A stretch of DNA of 53,476 nt from a virus (IMGVR_UViG_3300046524_000235); one strand, 5' to 3'; shown: positions 18,772 to 29,900, counted from the stretch's first letter. Translations and numbers: made by a program. Notes: a model not told the origin generated them from the letters alone.

Positions 18772-19619
18772 GAAGCTATTCAAGCCTTTTAGTTTTTGAA
18801 GACATTTACGACTTCGTACCCAATCAGAATAAAGATGTAACTAGCCTGGCTAGTATGATCTTTACTCCGAATGTTCCTATTGTAGAAACGAATTGCAATA
18901 CTACGCTTGGACTTTTTCAAACCGTCAACTACGAACTAGAAGGTGCTGTAGAGCTAGCTACAGGACAGATTATTAGTCGAGATAGAATCGACAATCTTCT
19001 GTTTCAAGGTATTTACTTAATAGCTACACGTACCCTCTCTACCTGTATTTCAAAAGGTGGAGTGTGCCAAGCATGCTATCATGCAAGCAATCAACGTTTA
19101 GATGTTCCTGCAATTGGAACACGAGTAATCATTCAGCCAGAGTACATTTCTTCTACCGACGTTATTAAGGCATCGGCTGGTGAAAACACATGGCCACTCA
19201 GCGCTCCTGATAACACTTATCAGTTCACATCTATTTATGTAGATGGTGTAGCTCAGGATGCCAGTACCTATACTGTTGCCAATCAGGTTCTTACGTTTAA
19301 TACTCCGCTTGCTACTGATGATAACGTAGTTGTGCACTTCTCAAGCTACAATAGAGCACCTTATCTTGTTTACTTAGCAAAGACATATTCCGGTTCTCTA
19401 CTGGGAATGAAACCGCTTCCTTCACAGTTACTTCCTATCCGATCACTTCTGTTGGGTAGCTTAATTCCTCAGAATAAGCTAGAATTAATTGTAGAGTATA
19501 CAAAGGAAGTAGACATAATCCCACAAGAGTACAGGGATTATATAGATACAGTTAACGATACGCTTGAAAGAGCGCTTTACGTTCTTGCTATCAATTGTAT
19601 CTATGCTAACGTGAACTAA
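18768..19619 (+). CDS. Protein with RNA polymerase beta-prime Zn-binding-like module plus a beta-rich virion domain
   Basis: IVETNC(43)NTTLG ... RTLSTC(93)ISKGGVC(100)QAC(103)Y parallels RpoC EDDCGT...RSVVSCDTDFGVCAHCY. Confidence 0.6.
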   Translation: MRSYSSLLVFEDIYDFVPNQNKDVTSLASMIFTPNVPIVETNCNTTLGLFQTVNYELEGAVELATGQIISRDRIDNLLFQGIYLIATRTLSTCISKGGVCQACYHASNQRLDVPAIGTRVIIQPEYISSTDVIKASAGENTWPLSAPDNTYQFTSIYVDGVAQDASTYTVANQVLTFNTPLATDDNVVVHFSSYNRAPYLVYLAKTYSGSLLGMKPLPSQLLPIRSLLLGSLIPQNKLELIVEYTKEVDIIPQEYRDYIDTVNDTLERALYVLAINCIYANVN

Positions 19620-19621
19620 TA

Positions 19622-22600
19622 ATGTCTTTATTCGACGCAATCAAAAATGTAACCATTAACACAGTGATGTCCCAGAACAAGGGATTATCAAAAATTACGA
19701 GCACGACGTTCTCACAGGCTGGGACGTCGATTAATTCAATTCGTAATCAAACACTGGGTTCGGTTAACGCCTCTCTTGGTAACACAGACTATAGCAGTCA
19801 GCTATACAATCCTGTTACCCAGATGAGCAACTTCGCCCTATCTCAAGCCACGGGGCCAGGACAGCAAGATGCAATCGCAACAGCTACCAACAATGCGTAT
19901 GCTGCGGTTGACTCTAGTTTTAACGCTGCTTTCCCTTCCGGCACTAGCGTAACTCTTTTTGATATTCAAACAGCCTCGACTCAGGCAATTTCTAGTGGTG
20001 TTAGCAATTTAGCTAACTCCTTTTCAGCTATTGACGGAAGTTTCGTATCACCTGCTCTAAGTATTGGTAATGCTGCTCTTGTAGGTGCAGGTAACACTGC
20101 TGATGCATTAGTCACGTCTGTATTTAACACAGCTACAAACACAGTCAATTCAGCGGTCTCTGCTGTGAACAGTACAGTAGCAAGTGTAGTTGCAGCTAAG
20201 AATGCTATTTCCTCTGCTGCGAACTCAGCTATTGATCTAGTCTCTGGAGCCACTAGTGCAGATTCAGCCGCAGCTAGTGTATTTGGCGGTGCAGGTGTTT
20301 CAGCAGTTGATGAGGGCAAGGTTGACGGCACAGTTAATAACACCGATATTATCTATCAAGACGTCAAGCTTTACATCGAAGGCGTACAAGTTCCCTTCGA
20401 GGCTATTTCTATTTCACAAGGCATTGGTTCACTGCCTACGGCAAGTATTCAGATTCCGCCACAGCCAGGTCTGCTTGACATCGCTCGTTACTACCAACCC
20501 AAAGTACATATCTTTTACTCAGATAAGAACTACGGGGGAGATCGTCTCCTATTCTGGGGACACATCCTAGTCGGTAACTACTCTAAGTCAAGACAGAATA
20601 GTAGCTCAAGCATTACGTTCCATTGTGAACACAAGAACTCCTTGCTCTCTACTGTGACTCTGGAGTTTTCAGGCTATGCTTCAAACGCTACTACTATCCT
20701 GAATGACCAGAATCCAGACCAAGCTACAGCTAAGGTAAACAACCTGAATTCAACCTTGGCAATTATTAAGGCTTTGCAGGGCATTACAGGCCTCCAGAGC
20801 GATTCCAAAGACTTGCTTGACCCAAGTAACACAACTGTCTCTCAAGCCGATGTATCGAAGCTTAGCAAGCGTTTCCAGAACTTTGAAAAAAGACTGATAG
20901 GCATGCCTTCAGCTATAATGAACTTCTGGAATCAACTGAAGAAGGAATGCTACGCGGATATTACGCTTAATACTATTATGGCTGACATGTACATCCCTCT
21001 CGTTGAGGATGGGCTTGGTTTCTTTGACCGCATGGCAGGACACACAATAATCGAAAATCTTATCGATACTAGCAAGCAGGACTATTGTCCAGGCGGAGTC
21101 ACGCCTTCATCTACTGCTAAGCCAGTGATGGTCCCTCCTGCGTACAGACTTAATAGCATTTCAGCAATCAAGTCTTCACTCGCAGTTAGCACCATCGGTA
21201 ACATGCTTGGCTTCTCAGGGGAGTTGACAACGTTTCTACAGATGTTCTCTGATTTCTACTCAGCAGTAGAGTATGAGATTCTGACTCTGGCGAGCCCTGC
21301 AGAAGTTCCAGTAGATCCAGATGCTAACGTAGGTAACATGGATATTCCATCGACATATGCGTCGGTTGACAAAATGGCTATTGAGACAATCATTAAGCCA
21401 CAGATTCCGTTTTACTACAGCCCTATTTGTAACGTACTGTTTCCTAAGATGTATGGAACTATCAACGTTACTCAAGATGAGTCGCAGATTCCTAGCCGTC
21501 TGTCAGCTTTCTCAGACATTATTCCAGGAAGTCAAGGCCAGATTGGTAGTCAGTATCGTGCTCCGAATTCTATCCGTGAAGCCGTAGCATACGGTGCAGC
21601 TATGTCAAATGCTGCGAAAGGCACAAACCTGCAAGTAAACCTTCAAGGTACTACTGGTCAGTCCTTTAATGTGCCTGGTAAATATGAAGTAGGCCGTGGT
21701 GTTCGTCATAAACGTATAACCCTGCCTAACTGGCTGGCACAGTTGCTAAAGGGTAAGATTCAGGACATTGGTTCACCCAATAACGAAACGTGGCCTGACA
21801 AAACTGATCCGGACTATAAAGCTCTTTGCGATCTTCATGCAGCTTGGATTGATCGATATGGTTTCGACGTTACAGTCTTTGATGACGGCACGTCAGAAGA
21901 TACACGTAACACAGATAAGGATTCACTAGACCCATACTCACAGAAGTCTGATATCCATCCGTTTCAACGTCTACTCTTTGCTACGGCAGATTATGAGTAT
22001 ACGAAAGCTGTTGTGGCTTCACGTATGGGTAACGTTGATGGCATTTTCAATCCGTATATTGTCCCAGGTTACCCAATGGAGATTTTGGATGATTCACCTA
22101 ATGCGCCAAGCTTCCATGCAATGTGCTCATCAGTGACTCACTCATTTACTTCACGTGGTATTTCGACAAGCATTGGCTTCGTTGCAGCGTGTACATATAC
22201 TGAGATGGTTAACTATTACATGCAGCCACTTCATCCTTGGCTTCAGACGGCTCTTGCCATTGTTAATACTGAACCTGGTCAATCAGGCAAGTCTTCAACA
22301 GATGGTGATGGCTATGGTAATCCTCCGGATGATCTGCAAGTAAACAGCACGATTCTATTTAATGAAGCAGCTAAGTTTGCAGCCGATGAATTCTACAAGA
22401 GTGTACTTGGTGTAAGCGCAGTTGCTATCGATGATCTATACGATTTTGAAATGGGTCGAGTTATCCCTGTTAAACGCTCATCTGGATTGTTAGTTGAAAG
22501 CACGGAAACATCAAAGCCTACTGCTAATGGCGGTGAGGCTAATGACTTCTTGACAGCAGTGGGTAATCTACGTCTTGTTATGAGACCGATTGAAGGTAAG

Positions 22601-22837
22601 AAAAGTATTCAAACCAAGTTTGGTATTACATTTATTGATTTGACACCTACTAACTACAATCCAACATCAATCAGTTATCAGAACCCTGCATTGGATTCTG
22701 CAACATTGCTTGAACCAGGTGCTAGCCTGTTCTTGGATTATCAGGAAGTTGCTGACTTCATTAATAACTCTGTTGCAACAGCTAAAACAGAAGATACGAC
22801 ATCCAGCTCATCTGAAGTTGGTGGTCACGTAGCTTAA
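19622..22837 (+). CDS. Baseplate hub/tail protein
   Basis: 1071 aa; KLYIEGVQVPF N-terminal hub pattern and FNPYIVPGYP...SVTHSF late-control/hub-like C-terminal pattern. Confidence 0.6.
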   Translation: MSLFDAIKNVTINTVMSQNKGLSKITSTTFSQAGTSINSIRNQTLGSVNASLGNTDYSSQLYNPVTQMSNFALSQATGPGQQDAIATATNNAYAAVDSSFNAAFPSGTSVTLFDIQTASTQAISSGVSNLANSFSAIDGSFVSPALSIGNAALVGAGNTADALVTSVFNTATNTVNSAVSAVNSTVASVVAAKNAISSAANSAIDLVSGATSADSAAASVFGGAGVSAVDEGKVDGTVNNTDIIYQDVKLYIEGVQVPFEAISISQGIGSLPTASIQIPPQPGLLDIARYYQPKVHIFYSDKNYGGDRLLFWGHILVGNYSKSRQNSSSSITFHCEHKNSLLSTVTLEFSGYASNATTILNDQNPDQATAKVNNLNSTLAIIKALQGITGLQSDSKDLLDPSNTTVSQADVSKLSKRFQNFEKRLIGMPSAIMNFWNQLKKECYADITLNTIMADMYIPLVEDGLGFFDRMAGHTIIENLIDTSKQDYCPGGVTPSSTAKPVMVPPAYRLNSISAIKSSLAVSTIGNMLGFSGELTTFLQMFSDFYSAVEYEILTLASPAEVPVDPDANVGNMDIPSTYASVDKMAIETIIKPQIPFYYSPICNVLFPKMYGTINVTQDESQIPSRLSAFSDIIPGSQGQIGSQYRAPNSIREAVAYGAAMSNAAKGTNLQVNLQGTTGQSFNVPGKYEVGRGVRHKRITLPNWLAQLLKGKIQDIGSPNNETWPDKTDPDYKALCDLHAAWIDRYGFDVTVFDDGTSEDTRNTDKDSLDPYSQKSDIHPFQRLLFATADYEYTKAVVASRMGNVDGIFNPYIVPGYPMEILDDSPNAPSFHAMCSSVTHSFTSRGISTSIGFVAACTYTEMVNYYMQPLHPWLQTALAIVNTEPGQSGKSSTDGDGYGNPPDDLQVNSTILFNEAAKFAADEFYKSVLGVSAVAIDDLYDFEMGRVIPVKRSSGLLVESTETSKPTANGGEANDFLTAVGNLRLVMRPIEGKKSIQTKFGITFIDLTPTNYNPTSISYQNPALDSATLLEPGASLFLDYQEVADFINNSVATAKTEDTTSSSSEVGGHVA

Positions 22838-22853
22838 GGAGTAAAATAACACT

Positions 22854-23081
22854 ATGTCAATCGCATCAACTATCACAGACGGATTCGCAGCCCTTGGAGA
22901 AGTTAAAGGCGGGCTGCCTAGAAGCGTTAATATCCCGACTAACATTTACCAATCAGGTATGTTGTCTGACACCTCATGGGCAGACGACTGCTTTGTCTAT
23001 CAGAAGTTTTCTGCTAGGCTTCAGGCCTATATGATTGGTTACGTTAACAGCGTTTACTCTAACTACAGCGTTTATCTATAA
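22854..23081 (+). CDS. Hypothetical protein
   Basis: Operon-packed ORF. Confidence 0.55.
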   Translation: MSIASTITDGFAALGEVKGGLPRSVNIPTNIYQSGMLSDTSWADDCFVYQKFSARLQAYMIGYVNSVYSNYSVYL

Positions 23082-23794
23082 TGGAAGAAACAGAAAAGCC
23101 CGCATGGATCGATTATCGATCAAAAGACCAAGAGCTATACGACCAGTGGAAAAAGACTGGGAGTAAAACTCATCTTGGCGCTCTAGTTAATCAGCTTAGC
23201 GGCGTTATTTACCAAGAAGTGAATCGTCAATCAGGTAGCTTGCCTAGTGCTGCTTTAAGTGCGGAAGCTAAGAAGTGGGCTATTAAAGCTATTCACAGCT
23301 ACGACCCTGCAAAGGGTACACAGCTCTCTACTCACGTTACGAATTATCTTCAGCGCGTACGCCGTCTTAATTACAAGTATCAAAATGCAGTGCGTCTTCC
23401 CGAGAATATGCAACTCTTGTACAGAGATTGGAACTCTGCAAATCAGGAGCTAGCAGATCAGCTTAATCGTGATCCTACTGAGGAAGAACTTGCTAAAGCG
23501 TTGGGTTGGTCAAAGCCTCAAGTTATCAAGTACAAGAACTCTCTTTACTCGGACTTGGTTGAATCAGCATCCGACAAACCAGCAGAATTCACTCAGTACA
23601 ACGAGAATGCTGAGCTTATGGCATATCTTATGAGTCAGCTATCTTCTGATGAAAAATTTATTTTCGACAACGTTAAAGAAATGCCTGCACCGAAGATCGC
23701 AGAAAAGCTAGGTGTGAACATCAATCGCTATAATTACATCAAGAAACAGTTGATTAACAAAATCGAAAAAACCAAACGAGAAATCGGACTATAA
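23081..23794 (+). CDS. Phage sigma-70-family RNA polymerase sigma factor
   Basis: AIHSYDPAKGTQLSTH (region 2), AVRLPEN and LADQLNRDPTEEELAKALG (region 3), C-terminal HTH. Confidence 0.85.
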   Translation: MEETEKPAWIDYRSKDQELYDQWKKTGSKTHLGALVNQLSGVIYQEVNRQSGSLPSAALSAEAKKWAIKAIHSYDPAKGTQLSTHVTNYLQRVRRLNYKYQNAVRLPENMQLLYRDWNSANQELADQLNRDPTEEELAKALGWSKPQVIKYKNSLYSDLVESASDKPAEFTQYNENAELMAYLMSQLSSDEKFIFDNVKEMPAPKIAEKLGVNINRYNYIKKQLINKIEKTKREIGL

Positions 23795-24186
23795 TGGCAA
23801 TCGACGCTAATTCGGCAGTAGGCCAAGCACAAAATATCTACAATAGCTTGGCTAAATACTTTTCTGACATGACTACATATCTTGGCAGTGGAGGCGCTTG
23901 TCCGGATTTCAACGATTATGTTGGTACGATTGATTTTTCAGAGCTTCACCGAGTAACAGCTATGGCTCAATCAGGCAGCTCCAATTATCCAAACGGTGCT
24001 GCTATTGAGAGTATTCATCACATCACTTCTGTTCTGCGCGAGTTTGCACTTCGTACAAAGAACAAGGCTCAATACTATGGTGATGGTCAAGGTGAAGCTA
24101 CTGACGAATCTAATTACTACGCTACGCTTAAGACTTCTACCGTAAGTACGTTAAGCGGGATCGTAACACCTGGAGGTACAATGTAA
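23794..24186 (+). CDS. Hypothetical virion protein
   Basis: TAATG overlaps on both sides. Confidence 0.6.
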   Translation: MAIDANSAVGQAQNIYNSLAKYFSDMTTYLGSGGACPDFNDYVGTIDFSELHRVTAMAQSGSSNYPNGAAIESIHHITSVLREFALRTKNKAQYYGDGQGEATDESNYYATLKTSTVSTLSGIVTPGGTM

Positions 24187-24719
24187 TGGCTGGTTTAAAC
24201 TTTAACTTTAACCAACGTATCGGTACGACCTCCAACCTGCCACAAGGCGGGACTTATGACTTGCTATTTATTTCGTTTCCAGGTGGCTTCCCACAGAGCC
24301 AACTTATATTCGAAATTGCTGATACTCCGCGTAAAGTAACAGGTCTCCAGAAAGTAGCTCAGATGTTCCTGAAACTTCTCTTTACTCGTAAAGGTAGCAA
24401 TGTTATCATCCCGGCTCAGGGTACGTTCTTCTCAGACTTCGTAATTAATGCAAATCGTGTTGAAGATACTGACACTACTTTGATCGCTGATCTAACTGAG
24501 CAGATTACCGATGCGCAAGGTCAGTGTCAGTACATTATGAATACCACCGATTCTGACGTTGCAAGTCAATTAAAGACTGTGCAAATGCTCGGTATTGACG
24601 TAACCAAAGAATCAATTGTTATCTATCTGCGTATTCTGACCAATGCCGGAGCTATGGCTTCTATCGCCGTACCGTTCCCACAATTGGATCTTCCTCTTTC
24701 AGATCAAATGTCTAAGTAA
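24186..24719 (+). CDS. Baseplate wedge protein, gp25-like
   Basis: VTGLQKVAQMFLKLLFTRKGS...GT pattern; directly upstream of the baseplate J-like gene. Confidence 0.65.
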   Translation: MAGLNFNFNQRIGTTSNLPQGGTYDLLFISFPGGFPQSQLIFEIADTPRKVTGLQKVAQMFLKLLFTRKGSNVIIPAQGTFFSDFVINANRVEDTDTTLIADLTEQITDAQGQCQYIMNTTDSDVASQLKTVQMLGIDVTKESIVIYLRILTNAGAMASIAVPFPQLDLPLSDQMSK

Positions 24720-24782
24720 TAGGGCTGGTGCGTTGCATGTAGAAGGATTAAACTACTACAAGTAACGTACTGACCTATAACT

Positions 24783-27179
24783 ATGGCAAATTTCTACTCT
24801 GTTCTACCTGGCCTTCAACCCTCAGCGCAAGATATTCTTGAAGCCGAGCTTCTAGCCAAGCAAATTCTTGAAGCACAATATCCAGACCTAGACCTCCGAG
24901 AAGGTACAGGGCTTCGTGATATGGTTCTGCGACCATCTGCTATGCTACTGGCACTGGTTCGTCTTGGTATCGATTACTACTTTGCTCAGAACACTATTGC
25001 TGGAGTAAATGATACTACTCCTACTAGCATCGTTGATAACATTCTTTCAAACTGGTTTATTAACCGTAACCTTGGTACTCGTGCTGTTATTAGCGCACGT
25101 CTATTCTTTGCCAAGCAAAAGAACGTATCTCTAACGACTGATATCTTTTTCTCAACCGATAACATCTCTAAGTTCTTCCCTCAGGCTGCAGTTACATTCA
25201 GCTCAGGCACGCTTACATATGATGCTTTCCAAAACGAATACTATGTTGACGTTGACCTAGTTGCAGAAGCAGAAGGAACACAGTACAACATCGGTTCAGG
25301 CTCACTTCTTTACTTCTCTAACTTTGATCCGTACTTCCTTCACGCAGAAATTAACTTCCTGAAGGATACTTCAGTATCATCAGAGACTAACGAAGAGTTT
25401 ATTACACGTGCTCAGAACGCTATTTCTACACGTAATCTGATTAACGATCCATCAATCAGTTCAAACCTGCAGAATACCTTTAACTTTCTGGATAAGATCG
25501 TTTCAATCGGTATGGGAGATCCTGAAATGATTCGAGATCAGATTCAGGCTGTATTCACAGGTCAGCTAGCACAGCTCATTACTCAGCTTACCAGCTCAGG
25601 TACTACTGCGACTGCTACCTTGGCTAATCACGGCTACAACTCAGGCCAAACTGTAACCATTGCAGGTGGTGCTCCGACGACATACAACGGTTCATATACG
25701 ATTACCGTAGTTGATACTTCGCACTTCACGTATCAGATGGCTACGGCTGCAACTAACGTAACAGTTCTTCCTACTGTTCAGGCTGTGAACTCACCATTGC
25801 TTATCCATAACGGCGGCATGGTTGACGTGTACTGTGGCAACACCATTGCTACGTCAATCGTACAGGTTACAACAGACGATTTTGGTGATGCTGACTTGAC
25901 TGGCGCAATCTACAACTTCACACGTAGCTCTGTAAGCGGTGGAAGCTCAGACGATACTATTCCTTTTCTAGCCACGATCTCTGCTTCAAGCACGACGGTT
26001 GCAGCTAATCTAGGTCTTGTTCACGTTGCTTCAACTAGCCACGGACTATCAACTGGCCAAATGGTTACAGTGTCAGGTCTTGTTGAAACGTTGCCTATTA
26101 CTTCGATTTCATGCTCGGCAATTACTGTAACTGTAGTTTCTGCTAACCACGGTCTGACAAGTGGTACGTCTGTAACCATTCAAGGCGTAACACCGATTCA
26201 GTACAATGGTACGTTCCCGATTAACGTAGTTGATGCTAATACTTTCAACTACATCGTATCATTTAACATTGCAACGCCCGGTTCTGGCTCATCAATGCTT
26301 ATTGCCAACCCATCGCTTACAGGACAGTTTTCTGTAAACGTGCTAAGTGCAAATGCGTTTGACATTGTAATGCCTGGCCTTTGGACAAATGCTACCGTCA
26401 CTAACAACATCGTTATTAACTATGCTGTACCATTTACCTTTAAAAACAAAAATACGCAAAGCCAAGCTATTACTGCGCTTACTTGCACAGGTACTACTGT
26501 TACCGTAACAATTCCTAACCACGGAATTACTGAGAACCGCTATGTGACAATTCGTGGTGCAACTCCATCCGATTACAACGGTACATGGCTAGTAACTAAC
26601 GCTCTTAATAAAGATCAGTTCCAATTCACAGTTCCAGTAACTATCGGAAGTCCTGGTTCAAATGCAGTATGTGATTCTGTTATTCCTTGGTTCGATTATG
26701 GTTTTAGCTCCCGTCAAGACTTGGTTGTAAGCTTTGGTTCACTCTATGCTAATCAAACAGCAAGTTTCCAAATCAGCTTCTTTGATAACGTTGATAGCGT
26801 ACAGTCATATCTAGAGAACTCAACAAACCGTGTACTGTGTGGAGATTTGCTTGCTCGTGGATTTAACTTCTACTTGATCGATCTGTCAGTAACTGGCTAT
26901 AATGGCGTGTCCCCAGATGCGACCGTAATTACTGAAACTACAAAGAATTTCTTCAGTAATATGAATCCAGGTGATACCTTGATTCTTTCAGATCTTATGG
27001 CTCAGCTTTCACTAGCCGGTATTACGAATATCAAGACTCCGCTTGGCGTAGCTTACACTCATTACACTCGTGACTTGATTCCTGCAACCACAGGTATGAT
27101 CACTGACTATCTAGATCCAGCAGATAGAACTAACATCTTTATACTGAACACTGTAACAACGAATAACCAAACAGTTTAA
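24783..27179 (+). CDS. Baseplate J/gp6-like wedge protein with four inserted HG-x-x-G-x-V-T-I beta repeats
   Basis: DLREGTGLRD N-terminus, ETNEEFITRA motif, repeats such as NHGYNSGQTVTIAG. Confidence 0.75.
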   Translation: MANFYSVLPGLQPSAQDILEAELLAKQILEAQYPDLDLREGTGLRDMVLRPSAMLLALVRLGIDYYFAQNTIAGVNDTTPTSIVDNILSNWFINRNLGTRAVISARLFFAKQKNVSLTTDIFFSTDNISKFFPQAAVTFSSGTLTYDAFQNEYYVDVDLVAEAEGTQYNIGSGSLLYFSNFDPYFLHAEINFLKDTSVSSETNEEFITRAQNAISTRNLINDPSISSNLQNTFNFLDKIVSIGMGDPEMIRDQIQAVFTGQLAQLITQLTSSGTTATATLANHGYNSGQTVTIAGGAPTTYNGSYTITVVDTSHFTYQMATAATNVTVLPTVQAVNSPLLIHNGGMVDVYCGNTIATSIVQVTTDDFGDADLTGAIYNFTRSSVSGGSSDDTIPFLATISASSTTVAANLGLVHVASTSHGLSTGQMVTVSGLVETLPITSISCSAITVTVVSANHGLTSGTSVTIQGVTPIQYNGTFPINVVDANTFNYIVSFNIATPGSGSSMLIANPSLTGQFSVNVLSANAFDIVMPGLWTNATVTNNIVINYAVPFTFKNKNTQSQAITALTCTGTTVTVTIPNHGITENRYVTIRGATPSDYNGTWLVTNALNKDQFQFTVPVTIGSPGSNAVCDSVIPWFDYGFSSRQDLVVSFGSLYANQTASFQISFFDNVDSVQSYLENSTNRVLCGDLLARGFNFYLIDLSVTGYNGVSPDATVITETTKNFFSNMNPGDTLILSDLMAQLSLAGITNIKTPLGVAYTHYTRDLIPATTGMITDYLDPADRTNIFILNTVTTNNQTV

Positions 27180-27181
27180 CT

Positions 27182-29383
27182 ATGACTCGTGCTAACTTCA
27201 CTGAAAACGGCCTGAACATCGGGCAGAACCTAACGAATATGACGTACCTATATGGTATTTCAGATTTCTTCACGGTTCTGTTCGAGGATACAGACCGTAT
27301 GAACCTTATCCTTGAAGCTGGCACAGAAGGGGCTGCAGAAACTTACAGCAAGTTCTTGCAGCTTACCTCGTCAATTAGTCTTGCAACGATTCAGGAAACT
27401 ATTGGCTCATCTATTGAGCTTGTTATTCTTCCTGCATCCAACGCAGTGCAAGGCCAAGTAAACACGTACAAGGTCGGCAAGGCAATTACCTCAAGTCGAT
27501 ACATTGCTAACCGTCCATTTCTTCCCACGGTAATTCTTGAGGAAGACGTTGACTATCATCTAGAAACAGCACTTGACGGAACTATGAATGTTCGCTTTGC
27601 TGCTGACATTTCAGATAAGGGCTTTTCATCTAACACAGATGTCAATGGCGTTCGTCAGTATGCAATGTGGTTCGTAGATGCAACAATCGATGAAAACCTT
27701 ATCTCAACGATGTTCGGTGATTTGATTGGCGTTGATCCTGAGAGTTCAACTGATGCATTCTACAACTTCGTTTACGGCCTATACTACGTATACGTTAATG
27801 GCCCTACTCTTGATTTAGTTCGCAAGGGATTAAACCTTGTTCTTGGCATGCCTTTGGCTCGTGCAAATGAGACTGTTCTTGATGTTCGTAACTATCTTGA
27901 GACTGACCAGTACATCGTTATTACTGACCAGAACCAATATCTAATTCCTTTCGGGGTTGTTCCTAACGTTGTACCGGGAGATAGCATCGTCACAGGTCAA
28001 GAGTTAGCTCAATGGGTTGAGATTCAGGATTACCTGAGTGATGGAGAGTGGTGGCTTAATTTACAGATTCCAGCTTCAATCATTCCTGAACTACCGGCTG
28101 GTCAGAAGGATAGATTTGCAACTGAAGGTAGTCACTTCGACTATCTAATGCGCAACTACCTAAAGAAACACACGTTTCTAGTAAACGTGAAGGTAGACTC
28201 GTTTAAAAATATTCAAACGTTCCAGCAGCTATCGGACATTATTAACAAAGTAAAACCTACGTACACTCAGCCGATTTACGTTTGGTCTATTACTGCGATG
28301 ACAGAAGAGCTTACTCTAAGCGATGATCTGTCTACGTACCGTGTTGATCCTAGCCGTTGTGAAAAGATTCAATATCCTATCGCTCGTATGCGCAGGGATA
28401 ATACTGATGACCCTATTAAGCGTGGTTGCCCTACGTTCATTCGCTCTAACGTACCAATGTGGGTCACAAAGATTCTAGGTACTGACGAGCTTATCAACGG
28501 AAATCAGACTACTGTTAATGGCGGTTCACTATCAGGGTTTATCAACCCTCAGGCTCAATTCCGTGCAAATACAACACAGGAAACATCTTGGCTTACTGCT
28601 ATGTTCCAACGTGGACATGACCAGACTCAGATTCGCCGTGACAAAGTAGCGTTCAACCGTAGTCGTGGTGACTTGACAGTTGCTAATGGCAAAGCCGTAA
28701 CTTGGTACGACATCCCTGCCGGTATGAAGGTTGTTCCGCTTTACATTACCAAGCAATACGACATTGCTGCTAAATGCTTATCTGTAGGCACAGACGTTCC
28801 GCCTACTGGTCAGTGGGTGTTTTCCATTTTCAACCCTTCTAATTCTGGCCTTGCAATTAACGTGGCGGCGATTAATGATAGCGGATCGTCTTTTACAATA
28901 AACCCGCTTGTAACGTTTTTTAACACTTTGTTTTTCCGTGGCACTAACGTAGGTTATCTGGGAGCATTGATTCCTGATCTTGGAATGCAAGCAACGTATG
29001 CGCCTACTCCAGCAGACATTGGATTAGCAGACTATTTGATGGGCGTTCGTATTCTAGAAGATACAGTTGGAATTTACTGGGTCACAGAGAATGCTTCTAT
29101 TGAATCTCCTCAGTACTTCCCAGTAGAAGAAATGGATAGAGCTGTTATTAGTTATGATATGCCGTTGACTCGTGGACACCAAGCAATTGGAACTCCGCAT
29201 TATACTTTGCGCGGCTCAGATCTTAACTATACTGGTGATTCGAGCATTGACGGCACTGCGATTAATGAAGAATCCGGCTATAATAACTCTATAACTCCGA
29301 ACACTTATTCGGACAAATATAACTCGTCAGTTACAATTACCAGAGGTGGTGCAGTTATCACCCATGCCCAAGAACTTAGTTAA
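27182..29383 (+). CDS. Baseplate wedge protein (gp7/gpI-like)
   Basis: Follows J-like gene; GPTLDLVRKGLN and INKVKPTYT motifs. Confidence 0.6.
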   Translation: MTRANFTENGLNIGQNLTNMTYLYGISDFFTVLFEDTDRMNLILEAGTEGAAETYSKFLQLTSSISLATIQETIGSSIELVILPASNAVQGQVNTYKVGKAITSSRYIANRPFLPTVILEEDVDYHLETALDGTMNVRFAADISDKGFSSNTDVNGVRQYAMWFVDATIDENLISTMFGDLIGVDPESSTDAFYNFVYGLYYVYVNGPTLDLVRKGLNLVLGMPLARANETVLDVRNYLETDQYIVITDQNQYLIPFGVVPNVVPGDSIVTGQELAQWVEIQDYLSDGEWWLNLQIPASIIPELPAGQKDRFATEGSHFDYLMRNYLKKHTFLVNVKVDSFKNIQTFQQLSDIINKVKPTYTQPIYVWSITAMTEELTLSDDLSTYRVDPSRCEKIQYPIARMRRDNTDDPIKRGCPTFIRSNVPMWVTKILGTDELINGNQTTVNGGSLSGFINPQAQFRANTTQETSWLTAMFQRGHDQTQIRRDKVAFNRSRGDLTVANGKAVTWYDIPAGMKVVPLYITKQYDIAAKCLSVGTDVPPTGQWVFSIFNPSNSGLAINVAAINDSGSSFTINPLVTFFNTLFFRGTNVGYLGALIPDLGMQATYAPTPADIGLADYLMGVRILEDTVGIYWVTENASIESPQYFPVEEMDRAVISYDMPLTRGHQAIGTPHYTLRGSDLNYTGDSSIDGTAINEESGYNNSITPNTYSDKYNSSVTITRGGAVITHAQELS

Positions 29384-29384
29384 C

Positions 29385-29897
29385 ATGAAAGAACTTATTA
29401 ATCGCTTCGTTAAACGCTTTCTCAAGATGGTCAATCTTATTCCGCTTGAAGGCGTTTTAAGAGTAGAGAAGTGGTATCCTGATGGCCGTAAAGAACTGGC
29501 TTTTGAAAAGAAAAACCTTATCGTACTTACGGCTAAGCAAGTTCTTCTGAGTAGCCTGTACGTAGCCAACCAGGTGTCTGATCCAATCATTAATCTGAAG
29601 ATCGGCACCGGTGGCTGTATCGACCCACAAGGCCTGTTCCCTAAGCCTATCAGCCAAGCTATGTCTTCGCTATTCACGCCTCTCCTTGACGTTGCTACAT
29701 CGTTTACTATTAACAATGCGGCGCCTTCGGTTACGTTCATTGCTGACGTTGACCAAGGTACGGCTAACGGTCAATTGATCACAGAAGCAGGTCTGTATAA
29801 GGCCAGTGCAACGATGTTTAATATCAAGACATTTCCTGGTATCCCGAAGACTAGCGAGTTCTCAATCCACTTCGAGTGGACCATCCAGATGTCTTAA
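29385..29897 (+). CDS. Baseplate/tail-fibre attachment protein
   Basis: KNLIV...IGTGG...ITEAGLY...KT.EF.I.W pattern; start moved to ATG 29385. Confidence 0.55.
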   Translation: MKELINRFVKRFLKMVNLIPLEGVLRVEKWYPDGRKELAFEKKNLIVLTAKQVLLSSLYVANQVSDPIINLKIGTGGCIDPQGLFPKPISQAMSSLFTPLLDVATSFTINNAAPSVTFIADVDQGTANGQLITEAGLYKASATMFNIKTFPGIPKTSEFSIHFEWTIQMS

Positions 29898-29900
29898 GCT

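Noticed and set aside
24783-27179. Link between E1-FCCH-like repeats in baseplate J and the Ubl cassette
   Set aside because: Such beta repeats are common in phage tail proteins; nothing in the sequence ties them to ubiquitination.
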